In this document: positions 48,059-57,710 of the stretch, piece by piece
Position numbering within the stretch: the first letter of the stretch is position 1
How the letters are laid out: each line of letters begins with the position of its first letter
IMG/VR virus record: IMGVR_UViG_3300020049_008034
Span: 13,549-77,548 of that record
Length of the DNA: 64,000 nt
Source of the DNA: a virus
Taxonomy: Duplodnaviria > Caudoviricetes
Reading direction: 5' to 3' (one strand)
Made by a program: the position numbers and the translations under genes
Notes under the pieces: generated by a model
The model's input: only the letters and a program-made list of their open reading frames with translations
Databases searched by the model: none
Told to the model about the DNA's origin: nothing

Positions 48059-50992
48059 TTAGTTGCTGTAACGATATTTGTAAACCCCACTGCGAAGCCC
48101 CGCCCGTATATGTATACCATCGCCAGCAGCAGGGTAGTAATTAGTCACAAGCCCGTTTGTGCTGTCCACCGCGTTATTTGTTCCGAATACAATCTTGTTA
48201 TCAAATCCGGCTGGTTCATCTACGGAGTGAATCAGGTATTCGACCTGCATTAGGTTTGCGTCTGGAGTGTGTAATGTCAACTCACTATCGCTTCCCGCCG
48301 CGCCCGTTGTGGTCATCCAGAAAATTACCCGGTTGTAACGGCGTGCTATCTGTGCTGTCGTTATGGCTGCGGAAAAGTCGTAATCCGCGTCCGTGACGTA
48401 GATGGTGGTATCTCGCTTTTGCTCTACATTCAATACCGTTCCGTCCGTTGCAAAGCCAGTAAGCGTCGAAAATGTTTTACCTAGGGCTGCTGCGGTTTTT
48501 GTGTTTGTACCGTATTTTGAAAAATCAATAGTCCCATTTTTTCGGATCACAAAAAGGTTTGTCCCTGCATCCTCCACACTCAAGAACTTACCCGTTGCTA
48601 CACCAAGTCCGTTCACGTTGTTGAACCTGAAATGTGTTGTATCAATACTTGTTGAACCAGCCGAAGTAAACCACAGTGATTTCGGGATTGTATTTGTTTT
48701 AGTCCCAAGTCGAATAAACGCCCAACTTGACCCTGGCACAATAGCCGTATCAAGAGAAGCTGATAAGTAATTTTCCGTAAAAGATGTTTTTGGGTCTAAA
48801 ATGTAATGTTGCGATACATATCTTTCTCTTTCTGCATTGCGATATATTTCATAGGCAGATTCAAAATTTAACCCACTACCAAGTAGGTTAGAAAGGTATA
48901 GCCCGCCTAGCCATCCTGAACTAGATTGAGAAGACATTGAGTAATATGCGCCTTGATTTGCGGCATAGGTTGTTTTTCTTGAAATAATCCCATTGCCCAC
49001 AACTAGATTTCCATTATAAATCCAATCGCCATTTGTGATATTATTATAGGGTTGTCGAATTGTTTTTGAGCCAGAGGAAGTAATTGATCCACCAAAAAAA
49101 GCAGACACAAACATTCCCTCTTCGTATATAATCGTTCTACCACCACCGCCAACTCTGATTGTCCATGTAATGCCGTCGGGGCTAGTGGCTACACCACCCG
49201 CATTATCACACGCAACAAATAGCCCGTTTCCAAAAGTGACATCGTACCATGTGCCACTAGCCAGTGTTCGTATTGTCCATGTTGTAGCGTCGGGCGAAGT
49301 CATCACTCTGTTAGTGCCATCTGAGGAAACGGCTACAAATAGGTTATTTGCGAATGTAACCCCCCTCCATTGATTTGCCGCTGCTGCTGTTCGACCAGTC
49401 CATGTTATCCCATCAGGACTAGTCATTACTCGGTCGGTTCCTCCGTAAGCAACCGCGACGTACAGCCCGTTTGCGTAAATAACCCTGTGCCAATTACTAG
49501 ATACTGCACTTCTTGCAGTCCATGTTATCCCATCAGGACTAGTCATTACTCGGTTAGTTCCGTTGTCTGAAACGGCCACAAATTGATTGTTTCCGTATGT
49601 TACATTAAGCCACTGATTCGCTTCGGCTGCACTTCTTGCAGTCCAGGTTATACCGTCGTTTGATGTAGCAACTCGGTTAGTGCCATTATAAGAAACAGCT
49701 ACGAATATGCCATTCCCATACGCCACGCTAGACCACTGGTTTGCAGCGGGCGCGGTTCGTTCCATCCAGCTTCTACCGTCTGTCGAGGTAAATATTTTCC
49801 CATTAAATGAACACGCCACAAAACGATTATTGCCGTAACAAATTCCGATTAATGAAGGTGAGCCAGTAATCGCCGTGGTATTCCAGGTTATCCCAGTGGA
49901 TGAAAGTAGTTCGGAATTGGTTATTGCAAGACCATTTCCTGTTGCTGTGGAACCTAAATCTCCGTCATTGTCCGCTCCAACTAGACGAATGGGAGCATCG
50001 GTTGTTAGGTCGGTAATTCTTACTTCACCTGTAACATCAATAGTTCTCTGTGGGTTAGTGTTCCCAAATCCAGTCCTTCCGGTTGGGGCAAGATACATCC
50101 AGTTGTTCCCAAACGCGATAGGGTATGTATTTCCATTTGTTGTAAAATCTACTCGCTCAAGACCGTTTCTCCAATACAATCCCCCCGTTTTTGTTGCACT
50201 CTCACCTACCTCCATGCCGTAGTAATCGGAATCTTTTATCAGCCCAAGCCCTACCGTTTGCGTTCCAGATACTTGTAAATCCCAACGAGTACTTGCAAGG
50301 TCAGCCCCATAGAAAGTATAGGCACTACCACGCTGCCAAGGGGTAAAAATTTCATCCCAAGCAGAGCCGTTGTAAAATTCTGGATAATTGTTAGATGTAT
50401 TGAATCCCGTGTACCCCGTCGTACCCGCAGGTCTGCCCGCTGTTGTCCACTGCCCGAACTGCCAGGGCTTGGAGTTCAAGACTCCGACGTAGGTGTTGTT
50501 ATCAAATAAATTCCTTGCAACTAGGTTAGTACCGTTTGAGGTGGCCACATATCCAGTCGCAATTATCGTAGGAAGGGTTTTGGCGAACAGTCTCGTTGCT
50601 AAACCGTTTGGAGAAGTAGTGTCTGCTCGAATTGTTTGTCCTGTCTTGATAATCCCATATCCTACTAACTTAATATAGGCAGCAAGCATAGAGGTTGTAT
50701 CAGTCTTTAAGAGATAAGGAGTCAGGTTAATGGTATCTCCGTTGACGATTGCTGTGGTGCCAGAAATTTGTGTTAAGTAAAGTGTGTCTGGAGTGATGGA
50801 TGGTTCTACTACTTTAACCCAGACGTTAGTATGAATCCAGCGGTAGAAGCTGGAATCAACCGGGCGATAGGCAAATTTTGGGCCTGTTGCGCTAGAAGAT
50901 GGGAATGTAGATCCTATTTCAATCACACCATAAGCCCGGTTAATTTGAGCTGACAGGAAGATTGGGAACAAAAGAAAGAATAAAATTCTCAT
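48059..50992 (-). CDS. Fibre/receptor-binding-like protein with beta-propeller (TSPDGITWT repeats) and signal peptide
   Basis: MRILFFLLFPIFLSA then Q; about six 40-aa blades; beta-helix-like spacers. Confidence 0.75.
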   Translation of the reverse strand: MRILFFLLFPIFLSAQINRAYGVIEIGSTFPSSSATGPKFAYRPVDSSFYRWIHTNVWVKVVEPSITPDTLYLTQISGTTAIVNGDTINLTPYLLKTDTTSMLAAYIKLVGYGIIKTGQTIRADTTSPNGLATRLFAKTLPTIIATGYVATSNGTNLVARNLFDNNTYVGVLNSKPWQFGQWTTAGRPAGTTGYTGFNTSNNYPEFYNGSAWDEIFTPWQRGSAYTFYGADLASTRWDLQVSGTQTVGLGLIKDSDYYGMEVGESATKTGGLYWRNGLERVDFTTNGNTYPIAFGNNWMYLAPTGRTGFGNTNPQRTIDVTGEVRITDLTTDAPIRLVGADNDGDLGSTATGNGLAITNSELLSSTGITWNTTAITGSPSLIGICYGNNRFVACSFNGKIFTSTDGRSWMERTAPAANQWSSVAYGNGIFVAVSYNGTNRVATSNDGITWTARSAAEANQWLNVTYGNNQFVAVSDNGTNRVMTSPDGITWTARSAVSSNWHRVIYANGLYVAVAYGGTDRVMTSPDGITWTGRTAAAANQWRGVTFANNLFVAVSSDGTNRVMTSPDATTWTIRTLASGTWYDVTFGNGLFVACDNAGGVATSPDGITWTIRVGGGGRTIIYEEGMFVSAFFGGSITSSGSKTIRQPYNNITNGDWIYNGNLVVGNGIISRKTTYAANQGAYYSMSSQSSSGWLGGLYLSNLLGSGLNFESAYEIYRNAERERYVSQHYILDPKTSFTENYLSASLDTAIVPGSSWAFIRLGTKTNTIPKSLWFTSAGSTSIDTTHFRFNNVNGLGVATGKFLSVEDAGTNLFVIRKNGTIDFSKYGTNTKTAAALGKTFSTLTGFATDGTVLNVEQKRDTTIYVTDADYDFSAAITTAQIARRYNRVIFWMTTTGAAGSDSELTLHTPDANLMQVEYLIHSVDEPAGFDNKIVFGTNNAVDSTNGLVTNYYPAAGDGIHIRAGLRSGVYKYRYSN
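49398..49554. repeat. Exact 37-nt direct repeat at 120-nt spacing within propeller blades
   Basis: GTCCATGTTATCCCATCAGGACTAGTCATTACTCGGT at 49398-49434 and 49518-49554. Confidence 0.9.
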
Positions 50993-51123
50993 ACTTGTCG
51001 AATTCTTAGTAGCCCATCGTAAATTGAGTAGTAAAGACCCCCAATAGGTACTCCGCCAGCGGCAGCAGTGCCATCGTCGTCATAGGCTCCGTAAATAGCA
51101 AATCCTTTGTTGGTTGCGTACAT
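50989..51123 (-). CDS. 44-aa micro-protein (below ORF-track cutoff)
   Basis: MYATNKGFAIYGAYDDGTAAAGGVPIGGLYYSIYDGLLRIRQV; overlap-coupled at both ends. Confidence 0.6.
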   Translation of the reverse strand: MYATNKGFAIYGAYDDDGTAAAGGVPIGGLYYSIYDGLLRIRQV

Positions 51124-52877
51124 CACTTATATTGGAAAAAGAACACATCACCACTAATAGCGGCGACTGCTAATGTTATGGTTACTGGTTCAGTTGACGC
51201 CACAGTGTAGTCTACCCCTGGGCTTAAAAATAGTCCGTTTTTGTATAATGAAAACCTAATATCGTTGAAGATTCCTAACTCTACACTCTCCGTGAAAGTC
51301 AAAGTAGTTCCAGTTACCCCAGTTACACGCTCATCAGAGGTGAAAGTTGCTGATGGATCGTAGAAGTTGTCTTCAGCCCAATACCAAGTTCCGTTAATTT
51401 GCCTGCATGTCCATGTCCCAACTGATTGGCGCCCAGCATTTATTGATGAGAATGTAAATGCCGTTCCTGCTAGAGTTGTGGGGCTCATGGCCCAAAACTC
51501 ACTTGTTGCTGAAGCTGTGTTTAATACCACTCCGGTGTACCCAAAGTCCGTAGCAGTATAAGAAACAATTACCGATCTTCCAGCCAGTGCTGAGCTGGGT
51601 TCTGGAAGTGTTAGGGTTCTTGAAGTACCGGAGGTCAGGTAGTAGGAAACATAAGTAGTGATTGACGAGTTTACTTGGGTTGAAATATCTACAGCCGCGT
51701 CAATTGCGCTTACATGCGCCGTGGGGTAAACTTGAGTGTAAGGAACCACTTGCCCTGAGCTCGTGATACCGAGAGTTTGGGTTGCTGTGCCTGTTCCTAA
51801 ATTATTAAAAAAGACTCGACCGTCATCATGGAAAACAAACCGGTCATTCGATACTGAGGTTAGCGTTAAGATAGGAGTGGAGTTTGATGAGATCTTTCGG
51901 AGATACCCCAACCCTTTCCCGCTGGAGATTGTGTCGTTAACGATAAATGCCCCGTTGACCCCTGGTTCTACATTCCCTACTAAAACAGTTCTTGCGTTAG
52001 TGTTTGTCCCAACCGATAAAACGTTTCGAGTGTTGTTTGCGTTATAGAAGTTTAAATACTTGGAAGTTGTGCCCCCGAACTCGATTTGGGATGGGAGGTT
52101 GTATGATAACAGTTTTAATCCCGCGTAACCGGTACTGGCTCCGCTTTCTATCAATAGATTTGTTGAGGAGTTTGCAGCGTTTCTCATTGAGAACGGATAG
52201 GTATTGTTTGTGCAAAACTTACCCAGAACTATGTCTCCTTTTATGACTGTTGTGTCTTGAGCAGGATCGTGAATGAACGAGGAGTCGGAGCCTATCTTCA
52301 TCCGGGCGTCAAATTGAATTCGAGTGTCTCGAATTCTCAAGTCTGAAGAAGCTGCTCCGTCGATGTCTACATCTCCAAGTGGGAGTGCGGAGATAATTCC
52401 GTCATTGTCGATGTTTGCTGATTTGGTTTCGATCCACATGTACCCGCCCATGGCATTATCTGATACCGAATAGATCCCGGTTTCGAGTTCGGTTATAGTG
52501 CTTACTAGTTGAAAGGCATTTAGGTCATTACCAGTAAACGCAAGTCCGCACGACCCACCAGGCGAATTTAGCGCCATGACATAGATGGTAGTTGATTTGA
52601 AATCTAATGATGCTTCAGGGACTCTAAGTGTTGCTGAACTAGAATTTGCACTAAGGACAAAAACAATCTTTCGGAATCTCGAAAGATCAATTGAGTCTTC
52701 AATTGAATAGGTGACGTTTTCAACCGTTATCGTTGTGTCTACTAAAAGATCCAGCCGGATGGCTTCTGCTGTGTCAGTTAATGCCGACTGGGTTGCAAAC
52801 GACCCGGCTTGAATGATCTTTTGAGCTGATACCTGAAATGTAATCAATCCAAGTAAAAATATGAATAGTATTCTCAT
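51123..52877 (-). CDS. Fibre-like protein with signal peptide
   Basis: Start 52877 MRILFIFLLGLITFQVSA then Q; C-terminal LYKNGLFLSPGVDYTV...GDV motif common in phage tail proteins. Confidence 0.7.
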   Translation of the reverse strand: MRILFIFLLGLITFQVSAQKIIQAGSFATQSALTDTAEAIRLDLLVDTTITVENVTYSIEDSIDLSRFRKIVFVLSANSSSATLRVPEASLDFKSTTIYVMALNSPGGSCGLAFTGNDLNAFQLVSTITELETGIYSVSDNAMGGYMWIETKSANIDNDGIISALPLGDVDIDGAASSDLRIRDTRIQFDARMKIGSDSSFIHDPAQDTTVIKGDIVLGKFCTNNTYPFSMRNAANSSTNLLIESGASTGYAGLKLLSYNLPSQIEFGGTTSKYLNFYNANNTRNVLSVGTNTNARTVLVGNVEPGVNGAFIVNDTISSGKGLGYLRKISSNSTPILTLTSVSNDRFVFHDDGRVFFNNLGTGTATQTLGITSSGQVVPYTQVYPTAHVSAIDAAVDISTQVNSSITTYVSYYLTSGTSRTLTLPEPSSALAGRSVIVSYTATDFGYTGVVLNTASATSEFWAMSPTTLAGTAFTFSSINAGRQSVGTWTCRQINGTWYWAEDNFYDPSATFTSDERVTGVTGTTLTFTESVELGIFNDIRFSLYKNGLFLSPGVDYTVASTEPVTITLAVAAISGDVFFFQYK

Positions 52878-52878
52878 T

Positions 52879-55461
52879 TTAGTAGTCTTTAGCTTCATAA
52901 GAAATTGTTACTGAAGTAGCTGTTACTGCTGCTCCTGCTGCGTCGAACACGCGGACTTTTACACTTCCTGTTGCTTTGGTATGAGCAGAAAGGATATAAG
53001 CTGTTGTTCCTTCGTTTTGCGAAATTACAGTGTACGTTGCATCAGGCATGGCGGCAGCGAAGGTTATAGTTAGGTCGCCGGAACCATCTGTGCTTCCTGT
53101 GGTGACGCCATGCTGGGAACGGAGAAATGAGGGAACTCCTGCTGTCCAAATTTGGTTTGAGATTGCGCCAGATGCATTATTCGGGGCTACGTTTGCAAAG
53201 GAATAATATCTTAGTTTAACTTGTCCATTTGAGTATATATGGAAAAGGGAATCTGTTGAATGCATGAGGCTGAAAAAATTAGTGCCAGTTGTTGTTCCTT
53301 TGTAAAGATAACTGTGCCTATTATTCCTTTGATTTGAATAAAACACGTGCCTTGTGTAAAATCCATTCGCACCAAAAAGAGAGCCAATTTGTCCATGAAT
53401 AATGTCGTTATTTCTCCCAGCTGTAGTAGTATCTTGAGCCACATATAAGATGTTAGAAAACGTACCTCTATTTTCAGTAACTAACGCATATCGGTAATTG
53501 CTAGTTTGAAGCTCTCCACCAGCCCATCCTTGATTCTGCTCAAGCTGAATATAATTATTACCGAGATAATCCGAGACTTTGAATCGACTTGAACCTAAAT
53601 TTGAGAAAACTCCGACCTCAAAACCACCAAGTAGTGAAATCTTTCTGTTCTTAGCGGTATTCTCAAGTGAGACAACGGCTGTACCGACTGGGTTGATCGT
53701 AATGACTGAATCATTACCGACGTAAAATTTACCATCCTGCTTTAATGCAGCAATTGTACCTGTTGAATTTTGAAAATCAACCAGTTTCTTGTTGGCATGG
53801 TAAGATGTTACATTCTTAAACAGAAAACTTCTTTTTGAGCTTTCATAACTAGTCGTAGCGTAGAATTCAGTACGTCCTCCCCATACACCAAAGGGGTCTC
53901 CATAAGCATGAACAACTTCACCTTCTGTTGTTATATTCATCGCGTCGTGGGGTACTGCATATCCATTCCAAGGCAGGTATGTTATATCGAAAAACCTAGC
54001 ACTGTAACCTGCTGAAGCAGTATGAACTTCCCTATCGAATGAATATCCACCACTTCCGCTTACTCCAAAACCAGCATTCCATCCAGAAGCGTTATTACCT
54101 TGTAATCCAAAGTATTTACCTCCAGCAGAATTCGTCCACATAGTACTAAACCCGTCAAAATTATAAGAATGTGTTCCGTTAACAATGCGTAAAGGGTAAG
54201 CATTATTAATACTTACTGTATCCAATGGTAATGCAGAAATGATTCCATTCCCGTCTGCATTTTGAGCCATTAAATTAAATCCTACAATTGGATTCAGAAT
54301 CAACTTACCATTAAGAACTTGGAAGAGAGGTACTTTAGTAGTATCTGCTGTAAGTGAATAACCAGGACTAGCTGATGTAAACCAGTATAATCCATTAGTC
54401 AGTGAGGTCGTATAAGTCCCACAGTTAGCTACTTTGAATGTATTAGCAGTTAAGCTATCTACTACAATGTAGTCTGGAACTAAACTGTCATATGGAGGTC
54501 TTACATAAGTAGAACCTGTCCAGTAAATAGGCGTCCATTTTCGGAAACCGTGTGATGTTTTAGTCAGAGTTTGTTCGCAGTTCGCGGTTCCTGATCCTCC
54601 GGTTTTCGGATTGATTACCATCCTTCCATCTCCATCCACACTCGTCACAGTTAAAACCTGCCCAACACTCCCGCTAGAATTAAATCTAACCGCTACCGAA
54701 TCCCCAATTCGTAAACTCGCATTATTAGCCCCATTTACGAATTGAAAGTTAGCACCGGTTGTGTCGACGAAAATTCTAGACACTTTGGTTGCGCTAGACG
54801 TTCTTAGTGTGATTTGGTTGTTTTCTTGTAAAAGCCTTGAAAGCCATCCATCAATAGTTTTTGTTGTCAAGCTTACTCTTCGGGTGTTAGTTAAACTTAG
54901 GGCCGTAGAATCAGCTACTACTGAGAAATCCCCGTCAGCAAGGTTATGGAGGCCGAGGTCGGGTTTATCGACCGTCATTACTAATCCACTCCCACTCACG
55001 ACTACATCGCCGTAGTCGCCGTCTGAGAGTGTAGCAAGGCCGCTCGACACGGCTCGTTGGAAACAAGAGATGGCCGAGTCTACGACTACTGAGTAACTTT
55101 CGGTTGTTGTAAAGGTGACATTGATGTCTTTGATGTAAATTAACGCTTTGTTCCCGGATGTTGAATCGATCCGGTTGATCCACTGTCGACCAATGGCGAC
55201 TTTTTGGCTGTTGGCGCTGTTTGTGACTTTAATGAAATATTGGCCATATCCCTCTACTAAATTAAAGATGGACCGAGGAGAGGTGACGTAGGCGTTTCGG
55301 CTGGAGATGTACAACCGGGTTCCAGATGAAATTGAGTCGGCGTAACGAACTTCGTCAGCGCATATCAATCGATAGGAATCAGTTTTAATTAGACACTGGG
55401 AGTACAAATTGCCGAGCGTAGCGCTCAGCATAACCAGTAAGCATATTCCTTTGTTTTTCAT
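52879..55461 (-). CDS. Fibre-like protein with signal peptide and gp53/H-lectin-like C-terminus
   Basis: Start 55461 MKNKGICLLVMLSATLGNLYS then Q; DGDYGDVVVSGSG motif; TITFAAAMPDATYTV. Confidence 0.7.
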   Translation of the reverse strand: MKNKGICLLVMLSATLGNLYSQCLIKTDSYRLICADEVRYADSISSGTRLYISSRNAYVTSPRSIFNLVEGYGQYFIKVTNSANSQKVAIGRQWINRIDSTSGNKALIYIKDINVTFTTTESYSVVVDSAISCFQRAVSSGLATLSDGDYGDVVVSGSGLVMTVDKPDLGLHNLADGDFSVVADSTALSLTNTRRVSLTTKTIDGWLSRLLQENNQITLRTSSATKVSRIFVDTTGANFQFVNGANNASLRIGDSVAVRFNSSGSVGQVLTVTSVDGDGRMVINPKTGGSGTANCEQTLTKTSHGFRKWTPIYWTGSTYVRPPYDSLVPDYIVVDSLTANTFKVANCGTYTTSLTNGLYWFTSASPGYSLTADTTKVPLFQVLNGKLILNPIVGFNLMAQNADGNGIISALPLDTVSINNAYPLRIVNGTHSYNFDGFSTMWTNSAGGKYFGLQGNNASGWNAGFGVSGSGGYSFDREVHTASAGYSARFFDITYLPWNGYAVPHDAMNITTEGEVVHAYGDPFGVWGGRTEFYATTSYESSKRSFLFKNVTSYHANKKLVDFQNSTGTIAALKQDGKFYVGNDSVITINPVGTAVVSLENTAKNRKISLLGGFEVGVFSNLGSSRFKVSDYLGNNYIQLEQNQGWAGGELQTSNYRYALVTENRGTFSNILYVAQDTTTAGRNNDIIHGQIGSLFGANGFYTRHVFYSNQRNNRHSYLYKGTTTGTNFFSLMHSTDSLFHIYSNGQVKLRYYSFANVAPNNASGAISNQIWTAGVPSFLRSQHGVTTGSTDGSGDLTITFAAAMPDATYTVISQNEGTTAYILSAHTKATGSVKVRVFDAAGAAVTATSVTISYEAKDY

Positions 55462-56053
55462 CAGCAACTTGCCGAAGAATCCGGCTGTCTGAAAATAGCT
55501 TTTTTTCAATTTCTTCCAAATTATCCTTCACTGAAGGGATTTGTTTAACAATACTCACTGCTTCGTCGGAGTCGATATTTGGATTTCTAAGACGGTCAGT
55601 GAGAGTTTCGTAAATTGACCGAAGACTCACCCAGTGTACGTAGTCAGAATCGTGAACAAGTTTAAAAAACTCACTCTGGATCAACTGATACACTTGTCCG
55701 CAGCTCTCGATTTCTTTATTGACTTTTTTCGGAATTCTCCCTTTGGCATCCCCGATGGCTTCTTTGGATTTATCCTTACGGACTTTGAAGTCTCGGATCT
55801 TCGCAAAAGGGGATTCAGGGTCAATAAATAAAACGAAAAAACGAATCAACCAATCCTTCATTTCTAAAGCTTCGGCTTTTTGTTTTTTCGTTTCGGCATC
55901 GTCGTTACTTTTAACGAGTTCATCCGGGGTGGCTGTGAGCTGGTCACGGATTCTCAATCGCTCATACATGTCCCAAATATATTCTTTTGGATTGCGGAGC
56001 GGATTGAACTCCATCTTGGTTAGAGCTATTTGCTCTGATTCTTCGAGGCGCAA
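55385..56053 (-). CDS. Hypothetical helical protein (ATG start at 56014 possible)
   Basis: ORF next to co-chaperonin; function unassigned. Confidence 0.6.
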   Translation of the reverse strand: MRLEESEQIALTKMEFNPLRNPKEYIWDMYERLRIRDQLTATPDELVKSNDDAETKKQKAEALEMKDWLIRFFVLFIDPESPFAKIRDFKVRKDKSKEAIGDAKGRIPKKVNKEIESCGQVYQLIQSEFFKLVHDSDYVHWVSLRSIYETLTDRLRNPNIDSDEAVSIVKQIPSVKDNLEEIEKKLFSDSRILRQVADEKQRNMLTGYAERYARQFVLPVSN

Positions 56054-56601
56054 GTTACAACTTTTTGTTTAGATTTCCAAATTACGGGACTTGATCTTCG
56101 GATCAAAAAATACCCATGGTCTTCGTCGTGCGTGTGAGCGTTTTCCATCTCCAGTTTCTTTCCGCCTTTGGGGATGTACATGTCTCCATGGTGATCCAGT
56201 GGGCGTTCGTCACCTTTGTGTGGCTTGCCGGTAGAGATAGTTCGGACAAAATTGGAACGTGTGCTTTGTTCTGCAATTCCAAATCTCTCTTGCTCGTAGA
56301 ATTTAACAATTGTGTGATCACCGATTGGGGTAAGACCGTTACGTTCTACGGCGAATAAGTGATCGTAGCTTACGAGTAAGTAGCCGTTCCAGCGCTCGGT
56401 GATAGGCGAAAACCAGACAGTCTCCCCTGGGTAGACACGTTCGGAGAAATCATCCGGGCCGTCAGTCTTTGTGATGTATTTCGGAACATCAACAACTACT
56501 CCGGATACTGGAGCTGTCTTTGCTGTGTCGTTGTATTCATTTGGGTCCTCAAAAGGCAGGACCAGGATTCGGTTGAATGCTATCATAATTTTGGTTTTCA
56601 T
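56026..56601 (-). CDS. GroES-like co-chaperonin with tandem domains
   Basis: NRILVLP...GVVVDVP...VYPGETVWF...LLVSYDHLFAV, then a second PIGDHTIV... unit. Confidence 0.65.
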   Translation of the reverse strand: MKTKIMIAFNRILVLPFEDPNEYNDTAKTAPVSGVVVDVPKYITKTDGPDDFSERVYPGETVWFSPITERWNGYLLVSYDHLFAVERNGLTPIGDHTIVKFYEQERFGIAEQSTRSNFVRTISTGKPHKGDERPLDHHGDMYIPKGGKKLEMENAHTHDEDHGYFLIRRSSPVIWKSKQKVVTCASKNQSK

Positions 56602-56875
56602 CAGATGCCAGTAGAATGTAATCCTCCAGCCCGTGTTGTTCGGTAAAATTAACCAGCTCAGGAATGGTTGTCAACCCGATTATCTTAATCGTTTTCTTGT
56701 CGGTGTCAATTAGTACTTTCATAGTTGTGTTTTAAGCATAAAAAATAGCCAAATACAAAAATAGCTGTATCGCCCAGTATTTCTAAGATAGAGGATATTG
56801 TTTTGTTAGACACAAAAGCATCTGACACGCCCAGTATAAACATCAGGCAGATCGTAACAATGAGTATCTTGTTTG

Positions 56876-57433
56876 TCATAGCGCCATCAATCTTTTTAAA
56901 ACATCATCACTCGTGTGTCCATCCCATGCGTAATTTGCGGTAGGTGTTTCAGGAATTTTAAATAAATCCCAGTCTTTCGCTTCGTAGTGGTTTGAAATCT
57001 GCCCAGTCGGAAGTATGGCGACAACAATGAACCATCCACCTCCGAAGCACAAGACTCCGTCGTTGTGACGCCATGATTTATGGACGTCGTATTTTGAGTT
57101 GTTGGAGTTTTCATATCCGACACCTCTCTGTTTGCCCCACTCATTAAACAATGCTGCATTGTAAACTTTTCGGAATTCGTAAAGCTCACTGAAAGTATGA
57201 TAGCCGTCTGAGAATTGTTCTTTGTTTGGATGATTTAGAACATTATTTTGGATCACACTGAATTCGACCTTCTCTTTTAGTTCATCCGGGATCTTATCAA
57301 AATCAATGTAGTGGTTTTTGACAAGCAAGCCAGATACTTCGATTTTGTTTGCGATATTTTCAGCGATAAGATCTACCATATCTGCCCTGAAGTCCTTAAG
57401 CCCTTCTTTAATTAGCTCTTTCATAAACCTCAA
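56876..57433 (-). CDS. WDGH-domain protein (copy 1)
   Basis: SDGYHTFSELYEFR...WFIV...QISNHY...WDGHTS. Confidence 0.7.
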   Translation of the reverse strand: MRFMKELIKEGLKDFRADMVDLIAENIANKIEVSGLLVKNHYIDFDKIPDELKEKVEFSVIQNNVLNHPNKEQFSDGYHTFSELYEFRKVYNAALFNEWGKQRGVGYENSNNSKYDVHKSWRHNDGVLCFGGGWFIVVAILPTGQISNHYEAKDWDLFKIPETPTANYAWDGHTSDDVLKRLMAL

Positions 57434-57710
57434 CTTTTGTTTGATTTACCACCCGTAGTTGGCGGTCTTCGATGAAGAAATCCTTACCGTGAGGAAGTAG
57501 AACTCGGTCGCCTACTTTGTATGGGCAAGGGTGGATACCTATGGCCCACTTAAGTCTGGCGATGAATGGGTAATCAGGGAGGTAGGGTGGACCGAGAGAT
57601 ACGACCACACCCCAATCTTCTTTGATTTTTTGGGTATAAACTGATGAACCAGATTCCGTGGGTTCAATGACTGCGAACCCACGGTTGGTTTTAAATTGTT
57701 CTGTGTACAT
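57408..57710 (-). CDS. groES: Co-chaperonin GroES-like
   Basis: GVVVSLGP...KVGDRVLLP; directly downstream of GroEL. Confidence 0.75.
   Translation of the reverse strand: MYTEQFKTNRGFAVIEPTESGSSVYTQKIKEDWGVVVSLGPPYLPDYPFIARLKWAIGIHPCPYKVGDRVLLPHGKDFFIEDRQLRVVNQTKVEVYERAN

Noticed and set aside
48059-55461. Diversity-generating retroelement or invertible fibre cassette
   Set aside because: No reverse transcriptase, no adenine-only-mismatched TR/VR pair and no inverted fibre fragments noticed.
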